Assembly (NCBI GenBank): GCA_002633005.1
Contig: NMRA01000011.1
Location: 691,370-755,369, forward strand
Length of the DNA stretch: 64,000 bases
From: Phoronis australis
Taxonomy: Eukaryota; Animalia; Phoronida
Reading direction: 5' to 3'
Shown: positions 12,121-25,429 of the stretch, one piece after another
Layout: every line of letters begins with the position of its first letter
Numbering within the stretch: position 1 is the first letter of the stretch
Made by a program: the position numbers and the translations under genes
Notes under the pieces: generated by a model
Told to the model about the DNA's origin: nothing
Databases searched by the model: none
Seen by the model: the letters and a program-made list of their open reading frames with translations, nothing else

Positions 12121-15100
12121 CACATTAAATCAGTATTCAACCATCGCAAAAGAAACAATTTTCGACATATGAAGGATGAATCACTATATTCCATATTTTC
12201 CAAATCTCTCAATTGCTACCCATCTTAGACAACAGCAGTAAAACATTTCGTTTTAATGCACCAAAGAAATTGATTTTTAACGAAATGTCAATATGAATTT
12301 CCCCAAAATGTCCTCTATTAGCGCAGCTACTTGTACATATAGATTATTACATGGCGAAGATGTGAAATTTGGCACATATAGGTATCTACTAATGAGGTGA
12401 CGCTATCCTCCCGTTTTTGGATGGACGCGAGGCATTTGCGCCATCTAGTGGTCATTTTACTATTTTCGAGTCCGGTTTTTGGCGTCCGCCCCTCTGTCAA
12501 CCAAACCACTCTAAAGATGATAGCGAAAATTGGCATGCATGTTTTTACTAGGACGGTTGACGGTGATTTTCCTACTTTGACTACTGTGGCGCCTCCTAGT
12601 GGCAGTTTTGTTGGTTTTCGAGTCCATGGCTGTATCTCCAAACGCTCTACAGGATCTTCATTAAATGTAGCAAATGTGTTTATATGAAGTTAACAACGGA
12701 AGACCATGACTTTCAGACAGGTCCTACTAACACTGCCCCTTAGTGGTAATATCTTTTTTTTCTGTTTTCCTCTGTTTCTCTGAAGTTCCTCGACGAATTT
12801 TCACGAAATTTGTTTTACGAAAACTGACATTTTCTGGTTTTCAGATGGATTCGACATATGTTGCGCTTTCTAGTAGTCATTTTTACTGTTTCCTATTCTG
12901 TTTTTGTCGTTCCCCCTCTGTCAGCCAAACCAATATCAGGATGATTGTGAAAATTGGCTTACACATGTATAGTGTTAGTGTGAAGAGGACAGTTGACAAT
13001 GATTTTACAGCTTCAATTACTGTGGCTCCTCCTGGTGGCAGTTTTTTGTGCCCTTAGCTGTATCTCCTATGCCCAGAATGTTTATTAAACTTAGCAAGTG
13101 TATTTATATGACGTTGACAACGGAAGACGACAACTTTCAGACGTATCCGATGAACCTTTGTCCCATAGTGGCAATTTCACTTTTCCGTTTTGCTAAATTT
13201 TCTTGACGGATTTTCATGAAATGTGGTAACACATCGTTTGCAGTGCATTCGTGGGCGCATTTCAATAACGCTCTGCGTTGCTCTTGTTTTACACTTACTT
13301 TCAGTTGGAGGTATTTCGGCGAAACCAACTTGTTAGATCGTGAGCTCAGTCAAAAACATTACCAGTTGCAAAACATTGATTGAGTTAGTGTAGCGGTGGT
13401 GTTATATGCAGCGTTGTGTTTTTATGTGTTGTTAATGGCCGCCGGTGTCAGTTGTCTTGTTTTGAAGTTCGAGAATTGAAGAAGCGGGAGAAAAAGGAGA
13501 GTTGAATAGGTTAAAAAATACATTCTAATTTATTATTAAATTATAAGCAGAAAAGAATTTATAACAACTAGTCGACTTTTAGTAAAAACCAGGAGCCTTA
13601 CAATACGTCACTCACTCTGATCGAGAACTTGAGGCTGGAGTGGGTTTCACACCCCAGGCAGCCCGCCAAAACTACTAGTGCGTGGCTTTTTACTCGCTGG
13701 TTCCGTATACGTGCCTAGCCAGCATGCTGGCTACCATCTAGCGACACGCAGGGAACCACAGAGGGCCTTTTATAGACCAATGCGCGTGAGGACGAGTCTA
13801 AAACATGGGTGACGTAATGGAACACCCCTAAAAGTAGAGTCAACTAAGAAAGTGACGCGAAACTGTAACTCTAGAATTCACAGAGGCAGGTACGCCCGTC
13901 ACACATGTATGCTTTTTCGATACTACATGACGGCGGGAAGAGCTCGGTAATTGCCAAGAATTCCTCTTCTGTAGGGATTGCAAGAAGTGGTTGAAATAAT
14001 TTAGCGAGAGGTTCAATATGGGAAAGGATACGTCTCATGTTGGCTTTGTGCTCGCTGGCCAGCGCATCGAAAACCTCAATCACCCATCTTAGCATGGCGT
14101 GGAGACCCAGAATTGTTGAAAGTGAAGCGCACTGTATACGCTTCGTCCTTTTGTCAGAAAACTCTTCCTCGGGATTTGCGTTTAAAGATCTGGCAAATCG
14201 GATACTTGCATCGATCTGAGCATTCATATCGCCAATGGAAGTCCTGTTTTTCCCGAACAATGAAACAGTTATATCGATTAGTCACCATGCATCCAGGATA
14301 TTAAGCTCTTCCTTCTGTGGCTCTATAGTCAGAGTTTTCGTCTTCATTAAACACATGAGTATCACAGCAAAGCAGCGATGAAATCGTAGACTATTTCAGA
14401 GTGACCGCGTCAAACAAAAATGAACAGAAAAACCCAACGACATAAACTATATTATAAAGTCCATGTAGGAAAAACATTCCAAAAATATAAAAAGTCCGCA
14501 TGGTACAAGCTTTTGCATAAATTGCAAACTTGAAAGTCCTTAATATTTGAATGGAATGCTTGCCCAGTTTTTCAGCTGTTCCCTACATTTTCTGCTTTTG
14601 TCCTACCAAATGGAAAGTTATTTGGGGGGGAGAGGTNCACATTAAATCAGTATTCAACCATCGCAAAAGAAACAATTTTCGACATATGAAGGATGATTCA
14701 CAATATTCCATATTTTCCAAATCTCTCAATTGCTACCCAACTTAGAAAACAGCAGTAAAACCGTTTCGTTTTAATTTTCGACTTTTACATGCAAATGCAC
14801 CAAAGAAACTGATTTTTAACGAAATGTCAATATGCATTTCCTCCAAAAATGTCCTCTATTAGCGCAGCTACTTGTATATTATATAGATTATTACATGGCG
14901 AAGTCGTGAAATTTGGCACATATAGGTATCTATATGAGGTGACGCTATCCTCCTGGATGGATGCGAGGCATTTGCGCCATCTAGTGGCCATTTTACTATT
15001 TTCCAGTCCGTTTTTTTGGCGTCCGCTCCTCTGTCAATCAAACCACTCTAAGGATGATAGAGAAAATTGGCATGCATGTTTTACTGGGACGGTTGACGAT

Positions 15101-17287
15101 GATTTTCCGACTTCGACTACTGTGGCGCCTCCTAGTGGCAATTTTGCTGGTTTTTGAGCCCATGGCTGTATCTCCTAAACGCTCAACAGGATCTTCATTA
15201 AATGTAGCAAATGTGTTTATATGAAGTTAACAACGGAAGATCATGACTTTCAGACAGGTCCGACTAACACTGCCCCTTAGTGGTAATTTCATTTTTTTCT
15301 GTTTTCCTCTGTTTCTCTGAAGTTCCTCGACGAATTTTCACGAAATTTATTAAATAGCTTTTTTACGGAAACTGACATTTTCCGGTTTTCAGATGGATTC
15401 GACATATGTTGCGCCTTCTAGTAGCCATTTTTACTGTTTTCTAGTCTGTTTTTGCCGTTCGCCCTCTGTCAACCAAACCACTATCAGGATGATTGTGAAA
15501 ATTGGCTTACACATGTATAGTGTTGGTGTGAAGAGGACAGTTGACAATGATTTTACAGCTTCAATTACTGTGGCTCCTCCTGGTGGCAGTTTTTTGAGAC
15601 CTTAGCTGTATCTCCCAAGCCCTCTGCAGAATGTTTATTAAACTCAGCAAGTGTATTTATATGACGTTGACAACGGAAGACGACAACTTTCAGATGTATC
15701 CGATGAACCTTTGTCCCATAGTGGCAATTTCACTTTTCCGTTTTGCTAAAGTTTCTTGACGGATTTTCATGAAATGTGGTAAATAGCTTTCTTTAAAAAA
15801 CGGTGACATTTTCCAATTTTTGATGGATTCGAAATATTTTGCACTATCTAGTGGCCATTTTTTATGATACAAATAAACACCCTAGAAACACATCGTTTGC
15901 AGTGCATTCGTGGGCGCATTTCAATAACGCTCTGCGTTGCTCTTGTTTTACACTTACTTTCAGTTGGAGGTATTTCGGCGAAACCAACTTCTTAGATCGT
16001 GAGCTCAGTCAAAAACATTCCCAGTTGCAAAACATTGATTGTGTAGCGGTGGTGTTATATGCAGCGTTGTGTTTTTATGTGTTGTTAATGGCCGCCGGTG
16101 TCAGTTGTTTTGTTTTGAAGTTCGAGAATTGAAGAAGCGGGAGAAAAAGGAGAGTTGAATAGGTTAAAAAATACATTCTAATTTATTATTAAATTATAAG
16201 CAGAAAAGAATTTATAGAAAATTATTTAACAACTAGTCGACTTTTAGTAAAAACCAGGAGCCTTACAATACGTCACTCATTCTGATCAAGAACTTGAGGC
16301 TGGAGCGGGTTTCACACCCCAGGCAGCCCGCCAAAACTACTAGTGCGCGGCTTTTTACTCGCTGGTTCCGCATACGTGCCTAGCCAGCACGCTGGCTACC
16401 ATCTAGCGACACGCAGGAAACCACAGAGGGCCTTTTATAGACCTATAGTCTAAAACATGGGTGACGTAATGGAACACCCCTAAAAGTAGAGTCAATTAAG
16501 AAAGTGACGCGAAACTGTAACTCTAGAATTCACAGATGCAGGTACGTCCGTCACAAATGTATGCTTTTTCGATACTACACGACGGCGGGAAGAGCTCGCT
16601 AATTGCCAAGAATTCCTCTTCTGTAGGGATTGCAAGAAGTGGTTGAAATAATTTAGCGAGAGGTTCAATATGGGAAAGGATACGTCTCGTGTTGCCTTTG
16701 TACTCGCTGACCAGCGTATCGAAAACCTCAATCACCCATCTTAGCATGGAGTGGAGACCCAGAATTGTTGAACGTGAAGCGCACTGTATACGCTTCGTCC
16801 TTTTGTCAGAAAACTCTTCCTCGGGATTTGCGTTTAAAGATCTGGCAAATCGGATACTTGCATCGATCTGAGCATTCATATCGCCAATGGAAGTCCTGGT
16901 TTTCCCGAACAATGAAACAGTTATATCGATTAGTCACCATGCATCCAGGATATTAAGCTCTTCCTTCTGTGGCTCTATAGTCAGAGTTTTTGTCTTCGTT
17001 ACACACATGAATATCACAGCAAAGCAGCGATGAAATCGTAGGCTATTTCAGAGTAACCGCGTCAAACAAAAATGAACAGCAAAACCCAATGACATAAACT
17101 ATATTATAAAGTCCATGTAGGAAAAACATTCCAAAAATATAAAAAGTCCGCATGGTACAAGCTTTTGCATAATTTGCAAACTTGAAAGCCCTTAATATTT
17201 GAACGAAATGTTTACCCAGTTTTTCAGCCGTTGCCCTACATTTTCTGCTTTTGTCCTACCAAATGGAAAGTTATTTGGGGGAGAAGT
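12121..17287. repeat. Apparent tandem duplication (12121-14636 / 14638-17287) joined by a single n
   Basis: Colinear copies with SNPs and small indels; n at 14637. Confidence 0.9.
12300..13230. repeat. Degenerate ~140-150 bp tandem repeat with CC(C/A/T)CTAGTGG cores (Helitron/HINE-like family); related copies at 8600-9100 and 14850-15870
   Basis: Recurring GCGCCATCTAGTGG / GCGCCTCCTAGTGGC / GCCCCTTAGTGG together with GAAATTTGGCA and GCTGTATCTCC motifs. Confidence 0.55.
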
Positions 17288-17327
17288 GTCACACTCTGAC
17301 ACCCCCCCCCCCAAAGGTACGCCCCTG
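16523..17327 (-). mobile_element. hAT-like transposon remnant: terminus plus transposase fragment (second copy of the fragment at 13871-14260)
   Basis: The minus-strand terminus CAGGGGCGTACC at 17327 is hAT-like. The ORF fragment FARSLNANPEEEFSDKRTKR...IEVFDTLVSEY resembles the C-terminal part of hAT transposases. Confidence 0.45.
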
Positions 17328-20198
17328 TGCCTCATCAATTAATGAGACTCAAAGAAGACGGGTATGTAAGAGGAGTGGGGGCGGGCCACACCTCAAATCG
17401 TTAAACGAACTGGAAGACCAGGTATATCAACAAAGTTTCAATTCTTTGCTCTTTACATAAGTGGTAACTTGAGCTTCGTCAAACATGTTTATTGTTAAGC
17501 CTTTGATAGGAGCTGGAAATATCTTTAATGTGGCCGTCACATAGAGCTTGAAGGACCCATGCGAATTTTTTTTGCCAGTTGGCCTATATGAAGAATCATT
17601 ATGAGCATACCTTAGACAATGGTTTTTAAATTTACATATAAATGAGCATTACTTATTTCTTAATTGTTATAATCAATAAGTTTTAATGTTTCATTTTCTT
17701 ATGTCACGTTATAAATTTAATAGGGGAAACGGCTGTCCCCGAATAAACGCCCATGAGTGTTGCAACTTCAGGTGTCAAGTGCCCAGATAGTGTGGAGTGT
17801 ATTCGGAAAATGTCCTCTTAAAAGCCCACTAAGCGTCAATTTTAGCTACAAATTCAGTTTTGTGGAGCATTTATCATTTATAAAAACGAACAAGTGTTGG
17901 CGAACTATGTAGTTATTAACTTAAGATTAAGATGAAGATTAAAAAACAGTTTTATGCAAAAAAGTGCTGATATTTTCATATCAATCGATGCTATGACTTT
18001 CCGTTTACACGCCTCTCCTATCCAAATAAACGCCTTGTAGTTTATTTGGTGTTACTGAAATGCAAGAAAATTTTCATTTTCCGAATACAAGCCCATGGGC
18101 TTATCTATGGAAAACCCCGGAAACAATAAATAATTGCAACAACCGTGACAAACATGTTTACCAAGCATATCGTATGGATAATTAAAGTACGTGTATGTGC
18201 ACTGTGCACTTGTACAAAACATCTAAAACTACACTTCAGTCATCTGAAATACTCCAGAAATGTGAAAACACGATGAATACTATCATTTAATCTTAACAAA
18301 ATGCACGTCTACATAAACAACATTGAATTACACTATTCAACAAATATACCTTAACAAAGAACAGTAGAAATGATGGATTTTGGTTTTCACATTTACTTTT
18401 TGATGCCTTGTGTGATCTCTGACAGTTTTCAGTAATCCCTTACATCAAATAGAAACCAAGTTGAAACTGAGTTAGTGAATTACAGGTTACAGTACCGATT
18501 CGTTTTAGCTGAGCTCAGTAATAGTGAAAACCAGGAATTAATACCAGCACGTCAAGAGGACACATTCCCACAAAACGTGTTTTCGATAACATTGCAATAG
18601 CTCAACGTCTAAGCATCACGGCCTGTAGCTTATTTTCAAAATCAAAGTCGAAAATACTATTACGTACTTGACGCTGAATATTTAATAAATATTTACAAAA
18701 TTCATTTCATTAGGGATAGTCCCTGCCATCGAGTCGGCCCCACTGGTTTATCCACATTCTGTTTCGGTTGAGAAGGTACATGTAGAGTTCATTAGCAGAC
18801 TTGCAACTACAAAAATCTAGCCAAAATCACAAGTGATGATGTAAACTGTATTAAAGGGCATGCTCTCAACATGCACACATACAAACGTCAGCATTACACC
18901 CGTGAGTATAAACGATTCCATTTTAAATTGTGAAGTTCCACTGATTTCATTTTGTATCTGAAATGCTTCAGTTTTCTGCACCCAGGGTGCACCTCCTTCA
19001 CAGACCCAGTCTTTTGCAGTATTTAAGACAGAAGTGTCTTCATTAGCTGTGCATTAATAAATATTTCTGCACTGGCGATTTAATTTTTATGCTAGATTTA
19101 TGTATATCCGGGTGAAGAAAAAAATTCTTAAACTTTCAAACACAAAGGTCATTTGCTCCACAGTGGAAATTCTTTTTATAATGGAAATATTTGTATGTAC
19201 AAGTAGTGTACTCCCCGGTATTTAAAATAAAAATTCAATATCTAAACATCCAAAACTTCATAAATTCTCTCAATAAAATGATGATGGCAAATTCATGTTA
19301 TAAACAAACAATCCTCAACTTGTCATTAATCAGTTTACATATGGAATATGACTGAAAACTCATGTCTGCTATGCACATTGTGCCCAACTAACAAACTGTA
19401 CGTTAACAATATTTACTAAATCATTGTTAACATTTTGACTATTTCCGTCTGTGAAGAGAACATTGACCTAGTTGAAGATCCTAGAACAAGTGATGGAGCT
19501 CCTGCAAGTGATTTAAAACAACATTACAACACTTATTCTTAAGTTTTACTGGGACAATAGTGACATTTCTATGTTCTAACCATACAACTATAACATTGAC
19601 TAATCACCCCTGGCTGCGCTCAGGAAAGAGATATTTATTGGTGCAAGGCTTCAGAAAGGATGCCATAATCACTCTTTTTGTCTGATTAATAGGTCCAGTG
19701 AAAAGAGCAAGAGTGCAAAGAAGCGGGAGACGTTCCCCAACCGGCAGTGGCGTTTTTTTTGGACTTAGTCAATCAAATCTCAGATGTTTAACTTCTACTC
19801 TCTTATAGAAGGGCTTCTATCAGAAACAACCACAGAAATCGCCCATTTCAAAAGCATTCTTTCCAAAGTCGATTCATATTGGAGGCTAAGCTCCTATTTG
19901 AGAAATATGTCTGTTCGAGAGTAGGCATTCCTCAATTTCGGCATTCTCGTAAAGCTTGACTTCTAACGGAAACCCCAAACACATGTAATGTCATTTTTGA
20001 TAACCATTAATGACTTTGGTTCATGTTTTGGGAGGAACTTCTTTCCTCTTCTATTTTTATTGGACAACTAAAATGAAATTTTAAAGTCAATTTAAAAGCA
20101 ATGTAGGTGTAATTTTTGCTTTTTTGAACATTTCAACAACAGTAATGATGAAGAAAAGCTAGAATTAACGGAGCGACACCTGAAGGAAATAAGCTAAA

Positions 20199-20295
20199 TG
20201 TTGTAGTGCTAGCGTTTTGTCATAGTTGTTTGAGGTGTCACTCTGATGTCATCCTTTTGGTTTCAAATAAAGAACTCCTTTTCTGCAACATAACA
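20199..20295 (+). mobile_element. Short 5' LTR of a Gypsy element
   Basis: TG...CA boundaries, internal AATAAA, directly followed by a primer-binding site and the gag ATG (20317). Confidence 0.6.
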
Positions 20296-20297
20296 AT

Positions 20298-20312
20298 TGG
20301 TGACGAGGATGG
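20298..20312 (+). promoter_or_regulatory. Primer-binding site, probably for tRNA-Ser(GCT)
   Basis: TGGTGACGAGGATGG is one mismatch from the complement (TGGCGACGAGGATGG) of the tRNA-Ser(GCT) 3' end. Confidence 0.7.
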
Positions 20313-21009
20313 TATAATGGCAGAATTTTCGGAAATCCTTGCTCTTATGCCGCAGCAAATTTTGGAACAAGGAGAGGCGACTAACAGATAGCTGGAAGCC
20401 ATTGTCCTACAGGGAAGGAAAAATCAACAAGTCCCAATTCCAAAGTTTACAGAATTTTATTCTTTAAATGCCGAGCTACGAAGGGAATATTGGGCGAGAT
20501 TTGAAACTTTCTCATAAGCTAATTTAATTCCACATGAAAGAATGGCTCAGGTTTTTCTGACAAACCAGTCCTCTTCAATTTACAAGCTGCTATGTACCCT
20601 AACAAAAAATAGAGTCCTCCGAGGAAATTAACCAGATAAGTGTCGATGAAATTTTGCAATTTATGCCAGTACAACTTGATGAAAAACTTTCTACTGTTCG
20701 GGAACGATTCAAATTGTGGACTGACACTAAACTTAAACCTGGTGAGTGTCCAAGAGCTAGCGGCTAGGATCAGACAAATTGCGACGAAATGTGATTTCTT
20801 GTCCTTCAGAGATCCATAAGATGAAGCAATGAGGACAAGATTTATCTGCTCAGTTAATAATGAAGTAGTGCTGAAAGAGTTGTTCAAAATTAAAGATGAT
20901 CAACAGTTGATCTGGCTATGGAAATTGGAAGAGGCATCCAAGGTGGCAAAAGAAACGGTTTACGGAGATCTACTACTTAAACTACATGGGAAAAGGAAAG
21001 AAGTGTTAT

Positions 21010-22704
21010 AAAGCTTTGGAGTTGTCTCCCATAAAACTCGATGGCAACGTCAATTGAGAAACTAACACGCGACTCGGCGTTCCAGAGAGAGCGTCTACTT
21101 CCTTCATCATTGTGTATTCAAACACGCAAGTCGTCTATTCGTGCAGTTCGTGTCTGTGGTAAGTGGTTAGCGTGTTCTTGTCAGTTCTTATCCTAGATAG
21201 TAGTTCGAGTGTTCCTGATGACACGACCTTGGATTCTGACGTGAAAGAGCCAACCGCGGATTCTGTGAGGAAGCGTTGTCGGTGCGTCAAAGCACATTAG
21301 CAAGTTTTAGACAGCGGCGGAAACAACACGAGAAGAGTTCCGGGTTCGACGCTCATTTCCATTTTCATCGTCGTACGCGAAATGCTCAATTATCGGAGTC
21401 GTGGAGGTGTTTTATGGAGCGAGCAGTGGACAGTCCCGTTAAAGTGTCCATTGATGGTGCAGTAGCAGTTTACTGTGATGCACGAGCAAGGAGGACTATT
21501 GGGTTCCGGAGAATCCCATTTTTCGAGTTTCAGTTGGGTATTATCCGTCGGAAGTGACAGCGAAGTCCAGTCCGAGTGAGATGCTTCGGCTTTTGGAGGA
21601 TAGTCGCGTAGTAGCGTTAGGAGAGATCGGGTTAGATCTTAAAGAGAGATAGCGATGTTTCTGCGCATCCGGATTTCCCGAGTGCCGTGTTTCGGTAGTG
21701 GGCGAATCCCATGATAGGCCTGGGCCGACCGGTAGTCTTACACTGTCGTGACTGTCACCAGAGTGTGTAGCGTGATAAGGTTGCGGGACGGTTACTGTTG
21801 GAAATTGCACGAGAGCAATAACTGTTTTTCCGGGGTGGTGTCTGAAGTATGTGAGTTCGTCGAAAGTTTCCCGAACACCTACTTTTCGATCGGCAGCATA
21901 TCCGTGAAAACGTCACCCGAGCATGCGGAAGCCATTGCGTAGATCCCTTCGGACAGGTTGTTGATCGAGGTAGACGTACGCGCCGCATTTCCGTGGCCAA
22001 CCCCACAGGTCCAGACATCCCCATATGTTGTGTATCGTGGCCGCTCGCGTTGCATAATTGCGAAAGACAACCATCTACCGGATTTTAGATAGGCAACTTG
22101 TGTAAACAAACGGGAAAAGACTTTTTCGTATTTAGCCGGGTTTTATAGATGGGGGTTAGAGGGAAAATGGATTTTCGTTTTTATTGTCATCATAGAATTT
22201 TCAACGTTTTTGAAATAAAAGTTATAGTTTCATTATTTCTGTGCTGTTTTATTGTGTGGTTCGACAACATATATGCATGATCGGGTATACGTTAAGGTAA
22301 ACGGGCATGAACACATATTTTCCGGGAATGGTTAATCATTGTTTTTTTTTCTGCGGTTGTAGACTTATGCCCGGATAGTGTTCCACATTGCTTACGCGAG
22401 ATTCTTATAACCTCACTTCCGGGTGATGATTATGTCTTCTTGGGGGTTGAGATGATGATTAATGACGCTGGACGCCGAAGACTCTCCAACAGATAAGGTG
22501 GGCAGGAATGCTGAAAGGCTTTGGAGTTGTCTACCATTTAAACTTGATGGCCACGTCCAACGAGATGCTTGCACGCAACTCGGCGTTCCAGGGAGAGCGT
22601 CTGCATTTGTCGTCTTTGCGTATTCGAACACGCAAGTCGGCTATTCGTACAGTTCGTATCTTTGGTAAGTTTTTAGTGTTGTTCTTGTCAGTTCTTACCC
22701 TAGA
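21010..22704 (+). mobile_element. Direct-repeat-bounded insertion (~190 bp repeats at 21010-21197 and 22517-22704) carrying a TatD-like nuclease gene
   Basis: Both repeats start A(A/G)GCTTTGGAGTTGTCT and end GTTCTTGTCAGTTCTTA.CCTAGAT. The gag sequence resumes after the second repeat. Confidence 0.75.
21340..22135 (+). pseudogene. TatD-family metal-dependent DNase pseudogene
   Basis: Ordered motifs across frames: FDAHFH (21345), VVALGEIGLD (21608), PVVLHCRD (21729), NCFSG...FPNTYFSIG (21820) and IPSDRLLIEVD (21943). AATAAA at 22214. Confidence 0.85.
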
Positions 22705-25429
22705 TTTTCTACCGAAGATACAGGCAAAACAAAGCACCGAGAAACATGGTGATTTTCCAAATCGAATATTTCCCTGTAGTGGAAAAAAGATCACGCCGCA
22801 AAGGATTGCCGTTTCAGGGAAGATGAACGCCACTTGTCAGAAGAAGGAACACATTAAGACCGTCTGTTTGGCAAAAGAGAAAAGTACGCCAACATTTACT
22901 CGGGCATTTGGTTCTGCAGTCAGTAACATTACAGATCGTGATCCTATTCAAATACCATTGCGAATTAATGGAAGAGATTTGTTGTTCGAGGTTGACACGG
23001 GATCGGCAGGTAATTTCATATCAAAGCAGACTTGGGCAATTTGGGAAAACCAACACTTAAAGCTAGTCACAGCAAATACTTTCAGAAGCGAATGGCCAGC
23101 CACTTCCAGTCATAGGAATCTTCAAGGCTGAAGTTTCCATGGATTGTCAGCGTAAAAACGCAGTGGATATTGTTGTCCGCGAAAATGTTCTAATTCTGTA
23201 AGTCATTCAGGGATACGCCAACTCAAGACAGACGTTACTTCACTTTGCGGTTTGCAGTTAAAAGAGAAATTCAATGTTCTTCGCTAGCGAACAGAAGTAG
23301 ATATAAGCCTCCAGAAAGGATACGAGGAACATTTGAAAGAATTTCCTGATCTGCTTAAGCCAGACCTTGGCTGTCTGAAGGATTTTGAACAAGAAGTTAA
23401 ATTCAAGTCAAACGCCGAGCCACACTTTTGCAAGCCTCGTACTGTACCACATGCACTGCTTGAGGACATTATGCTTATGAAGCAGGTATCAAGCGTGGAG
23501 TATGGGTGAAATCTCAATTCAGCAATTATGGAACACCAGTTGTTCCTATGCCAGAAACCACATTTGCCTGGACAAAAGAAACGCACATTGCGTGTTTGTG
23601 GTGATTATTCTGTTACCGTAAATTCACAGACACATCGGCATCCGACACCTCTTCCTGAGGACCTGATGAGAAAACTGAGTGGTAATCATTTCTATACAAA
23701 AATGATTTGGCTGATGCTTATAACCGGATTAAATTAGCTCCTGAAAGACAAAGACGACTAGCGTTATCTACTCATCAAGGGGTTCATTTTCAAAAACGTC
23801 TACCCTTTAGCATTAGTTCTGCTCTAGGGTATTTCCAAAAAATAATGGAAAAGTTATCAGGTGATCTTCGAGGTGTTACATATTACCTTGATGACATTTC
23901 AGTCAGTGGTAAGAATGCTACTGAACACCTAAGTCAGTTGTATGCATTATAGCAAAGATTGCAAGATAAAGGAATGCGATGCAGAAAAGAAGTGTTGTTT
24001 TGCACAACCAACAGTTGGATACATTGGACATTCACAGACGCAAAAGGGTATATCAAAAGGTTCAAAGGTTGACGCTCTTTTCTTGGTTAGTTGCAATTCT
24101 ACGGAAAGTTTATTAAAAACGTTTCCACTCTTTCTGACCCACTAAATCGGCTAACACGAAAGAATATTTCATGGAGATGGTGAAAAGAAGAACAAGCTGC
24201 TTCCAAAATTTGAAATAAACTCTTTGCTCAGATGCTGTGTTTGTTCATTTCGATCCTAATGTAAATATTGGAATTTCATGCGGTGTCTCTCAGATGTACG
24301 AACAGGTGTAGTTCTTTTTTACCGTTACGTGGATAGCAGTGAACGTGCGATTTCAAATGGTTCTAAGACTCTAACGAGCACTCAACGTAAATACAGCCAA
24401 ATTCAATAGGAAGCTTTAGACATAGCAATAAAATGTACTATCTTTATTCTATTCATATCCATTACAAACAAATAAGTAACGACCGAGTATTTAGTAAAAT
24501 TTAATAAAAGTACGTATCACACGCCTTTTTTACTTGCCGGGATTTTTTGTGATTTTTAGTGGGGGTCAGTTTTTTTGGCTTTCACTGAAAGGATTTTCAT
24601 GATATATGCATCAAACTAATCCTTATTTAATTTTGCATTCAGAGCAGAGTGTACAATTTTTAGTTTTGTACTTTAAAAAGTGAAAAATTAAGTGACGTAA
24701 TTTACCATACTATAAAATTCCCGTCTAGAAAATTCTCGAAAGTTTGCAGGCAGTGACATCACCATCAATCATATCTTAATCCATCCCACCAAAAATTCAG
24801 TCAACCAATCAATCGCGATCCATCCAGGAGCACTTCCAAAAATGGTATGTTTTTGACAGTTTGGGTTGCCAAGACACCTTAGAAAAATAGCAACCGTCGT
24901 CAAGTGACGTTACAAACCCCGCCCCTTCGTCTCACTTTGCCAAAAAGATGTCAATGGAAATTCAGCCATATTTTACCTTCGGAGCTGACGAAATCGAGCG
25001 CGTCATGTCTGGCAATAGCATCGATATGAACGTCCGAATCATCAAAGGTAAGCCACTTTCGTTAAAACTTTGAATTATAGAGACAAAAGTAATATTTTGC
25101 GACGTTTTCCCGATCGTTGAGTGGCAGGCCACGTCGTCTGCTTGCGCGGGAAACGGAGGTCACGATAGCAGGTTTGTGTTTTATGGTTTCTTTGCAAACC
25201 TTACGGATTAGAAATTGAACCAACCAGCCTTATATATCACTTAAACTGTTTAAAAGGGAACTGTATTTTATTCTGAATAAATTCTGGAATTGTTGATTAA
25301 TTTCGTAAATAATTCAACAAAACAAATTGAACTTATATTCTCTAACGAAGCTCAAAAAACTACCGGCTTGGAGCACTGCTAAGACGTATTTGGCGGGGGC
25401 AAAGCCACTGTCCTGTGTTAGCGTGCAAT

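Larger units (their letters stand above)
20317..24420 (+). pseudogene. Decayed Mag-type Ty3/Gypsy gag-pol, interrupted by the TatD unit and truncated in RNase H
   Basis: Gag (ERFK..., MRTRFICSVNNE), frameshifted double zinc knuckle (~22770-22870), protease FEVDTGS, RT RVCGDY / RLPFSISSA / YLDDI, and RNase H SKTLTSTQRKYSQIQ*EAL. Many stops and frameshifts; no integrase or 3' LTR seen. Confidence 0.9.

Noticed and set aside
18700-20000. Possible minus-strand exons
   Set aside because: Some acceptor-like sites are present, but there is no recognisable protein or consistent frame.
21183-21250. Hammerhead ribozyme (CTGATGA...GAAA) next to the TatD repeat
   Set aside because: Stem II does not close canonically and I could not build stem I. 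It needs an Infernal search on intact copies.
21010-22704. The 190 bp repeats as the LTRs of the surrounding Gypsy or of a standard TRIM
   Set aside because: They sit inside gag, do not match the 5' LTR at 20199, and lack TG..CA ends, a PBS and a clear TSD.
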